NCBI GenBank assembly: GCA_965205865.1
Contig: CBDBHR010000030.1
Span: 32,001 to 96,000, forward strand
DNA from: a bacterium
GTDB taxonomy: Bacteria > SAR324 > NAC60-12
Length of the DNA stretch: 64,000 nucleotides
Direction of reading: 5' to 3'
Shown: positions 63,080-64,000 of the stretch, one piece after another
How the letters are laid out: the number at the start of each line of letters is the position of its first letter
How positions within the stretch are numbered: the stretch's first letter is position 1
Program-made: the position numbers and the translations under genes
Notes under the pieces: generated by a model
Seen by the model: only the letters and a program-made list of their open reading frames with translations
Databases searched by the model: none
Told to the model about the DNA's origin: nothing

Positions 63080-63347
63080 TTTTGACGGCGTTATGTTCAA
63101 TGAATTCTGTAAAGTGTGACTTGTTAGATAAATTGACCACATCCACAGGTTTGGAGAGATATCTCAGCAATTTTCCATAAAAATCGAAAAAGGCATTCGC
63201 TGCAATGCCTCTTACGGCTAAATCAATATCATTCGCCTCATGCTCACTTTCAAGCGACGAACCAAATAAATAGATTTCCTTTACATCAAACTTTTGAGCC
63301 CAGGAAATGATGATTGCTTTATCTTTCTCTGTAATCATGGTCTCCAT
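63060..63347 (-). CDS. minimal nucleotidyltransferase (MNT) antitoxin
   Basis: YLFGS...NDIDLAV, PVDVV. Confidence 0.88.
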   Translation of the reverse strand: METMITEKDKAIIISWAQKFDVKEIYLFGSSLESEHEANDIDLAVRGIAANAFFDFYGKLLRYLSKPVDVVNLSNKSHFTEFIEHNAVKIYGETP

Positions 63348-63459
63348 GGATTTCCATCATTTTATGTATCGTAACCTACAAATTTACATCTAAGCCAGTC
63401 AAGATTATATCTAAGTTTCTAGGACAAGCAAGTTGATAGGGCTTGAACCTGATGAAGGA

Positions 63460-63960
63460 GAGAATCCTGACCCGCCGTGTGCTGTCCAATATCATGGTGC
63501 CGATCCTCATTGTCATCTCGATCAACATTGGCGGCGTCATCATTGCCGAGGCGTCGCTGAGCTTTCTCGGATTCGGTCTGCCCGTCGGCATCTACTCGGC
63601 GATTCGCCAGGATACGGACGCCGATTACCTGGGGCGCAGCATCGCCTTCATCGGCCTGGCCACGCCGAACTTCCGGCTGGGAATTATGGTGATGATATTC
63701 CCGGCAATCTGGTGGGGCTGGGCACCGCCGATGGAAATGATTCCTTTCACGGAAGACCTGCTGGGGAATCTCTGGGGGCTCTTCTTCCCCAGCCTGATTC
63801 TGGGAACGGCCTCGTCGGCTGCCACCATGCGGATGATGCGCACCATGATGCTGGAGGTGCTGAGGCAGGACTATATCCGCACCGCCTGGTCCAAGGGGCT
63901 CAAGGAGCGGGTCGTGGTGATCCGGCACACCCTCAAAAATGCCCTCATTCCGGTGGTCAC
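63460..63960 (+). pseudogene. chimeric DppC/DppB permease fragments
   Basis: DppC-like segment joined at CTGCC(C) to a DppB-like segment, i.e. reversed gene order. Confidence 0.75.
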
Positions 63961-64000
63961 GCGTTCAGCTGGGCTTATTGGCCGCGCTGCGGCCGCCCAG

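Overview
Bacterial window, probably from a deltaproteobacterial/SAR324-like or host-associated lineage (inference only). Bases 1-6.9 kb are housekeeping genes (mrp/apbC, fmt, miaB, a TPR protein, pheA, rpmB). The other ~57 kb is a heavily rearranged, partly eroded accessory region. It holds three IS1380-family elements, an IS66 (ISBst12-type) element with a nested IS1595, many IS remnants, an ORF-less internally deleted group II intron, attC-like sites without an integrase, several toxin-antitoxin modules, a TbpB-like lipoprotein plus Slam (type XI secretion) operon behind a five-copy promoter-like array, two Uma2/peptide-ABC modules and a PEP-utilising (rifampin-phosphotransferase-like) enzyme. 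The most striking unexplained structure is a set of at least four families of short palindromic repeats. One flanks a RAYT (Y1 transposase) remnant and another is fused to GIY-YIG nuclease starts. These repeats sit at the borders of small genes and of promoterless 3' copies of surface-protein genes (Slam x3, OMP barrels x3). This suggests a repeat-guided cassette capture/shuffling system acting on cell-surface genes. Several frameshifts lie in homopolymers and could be sequencing errors.
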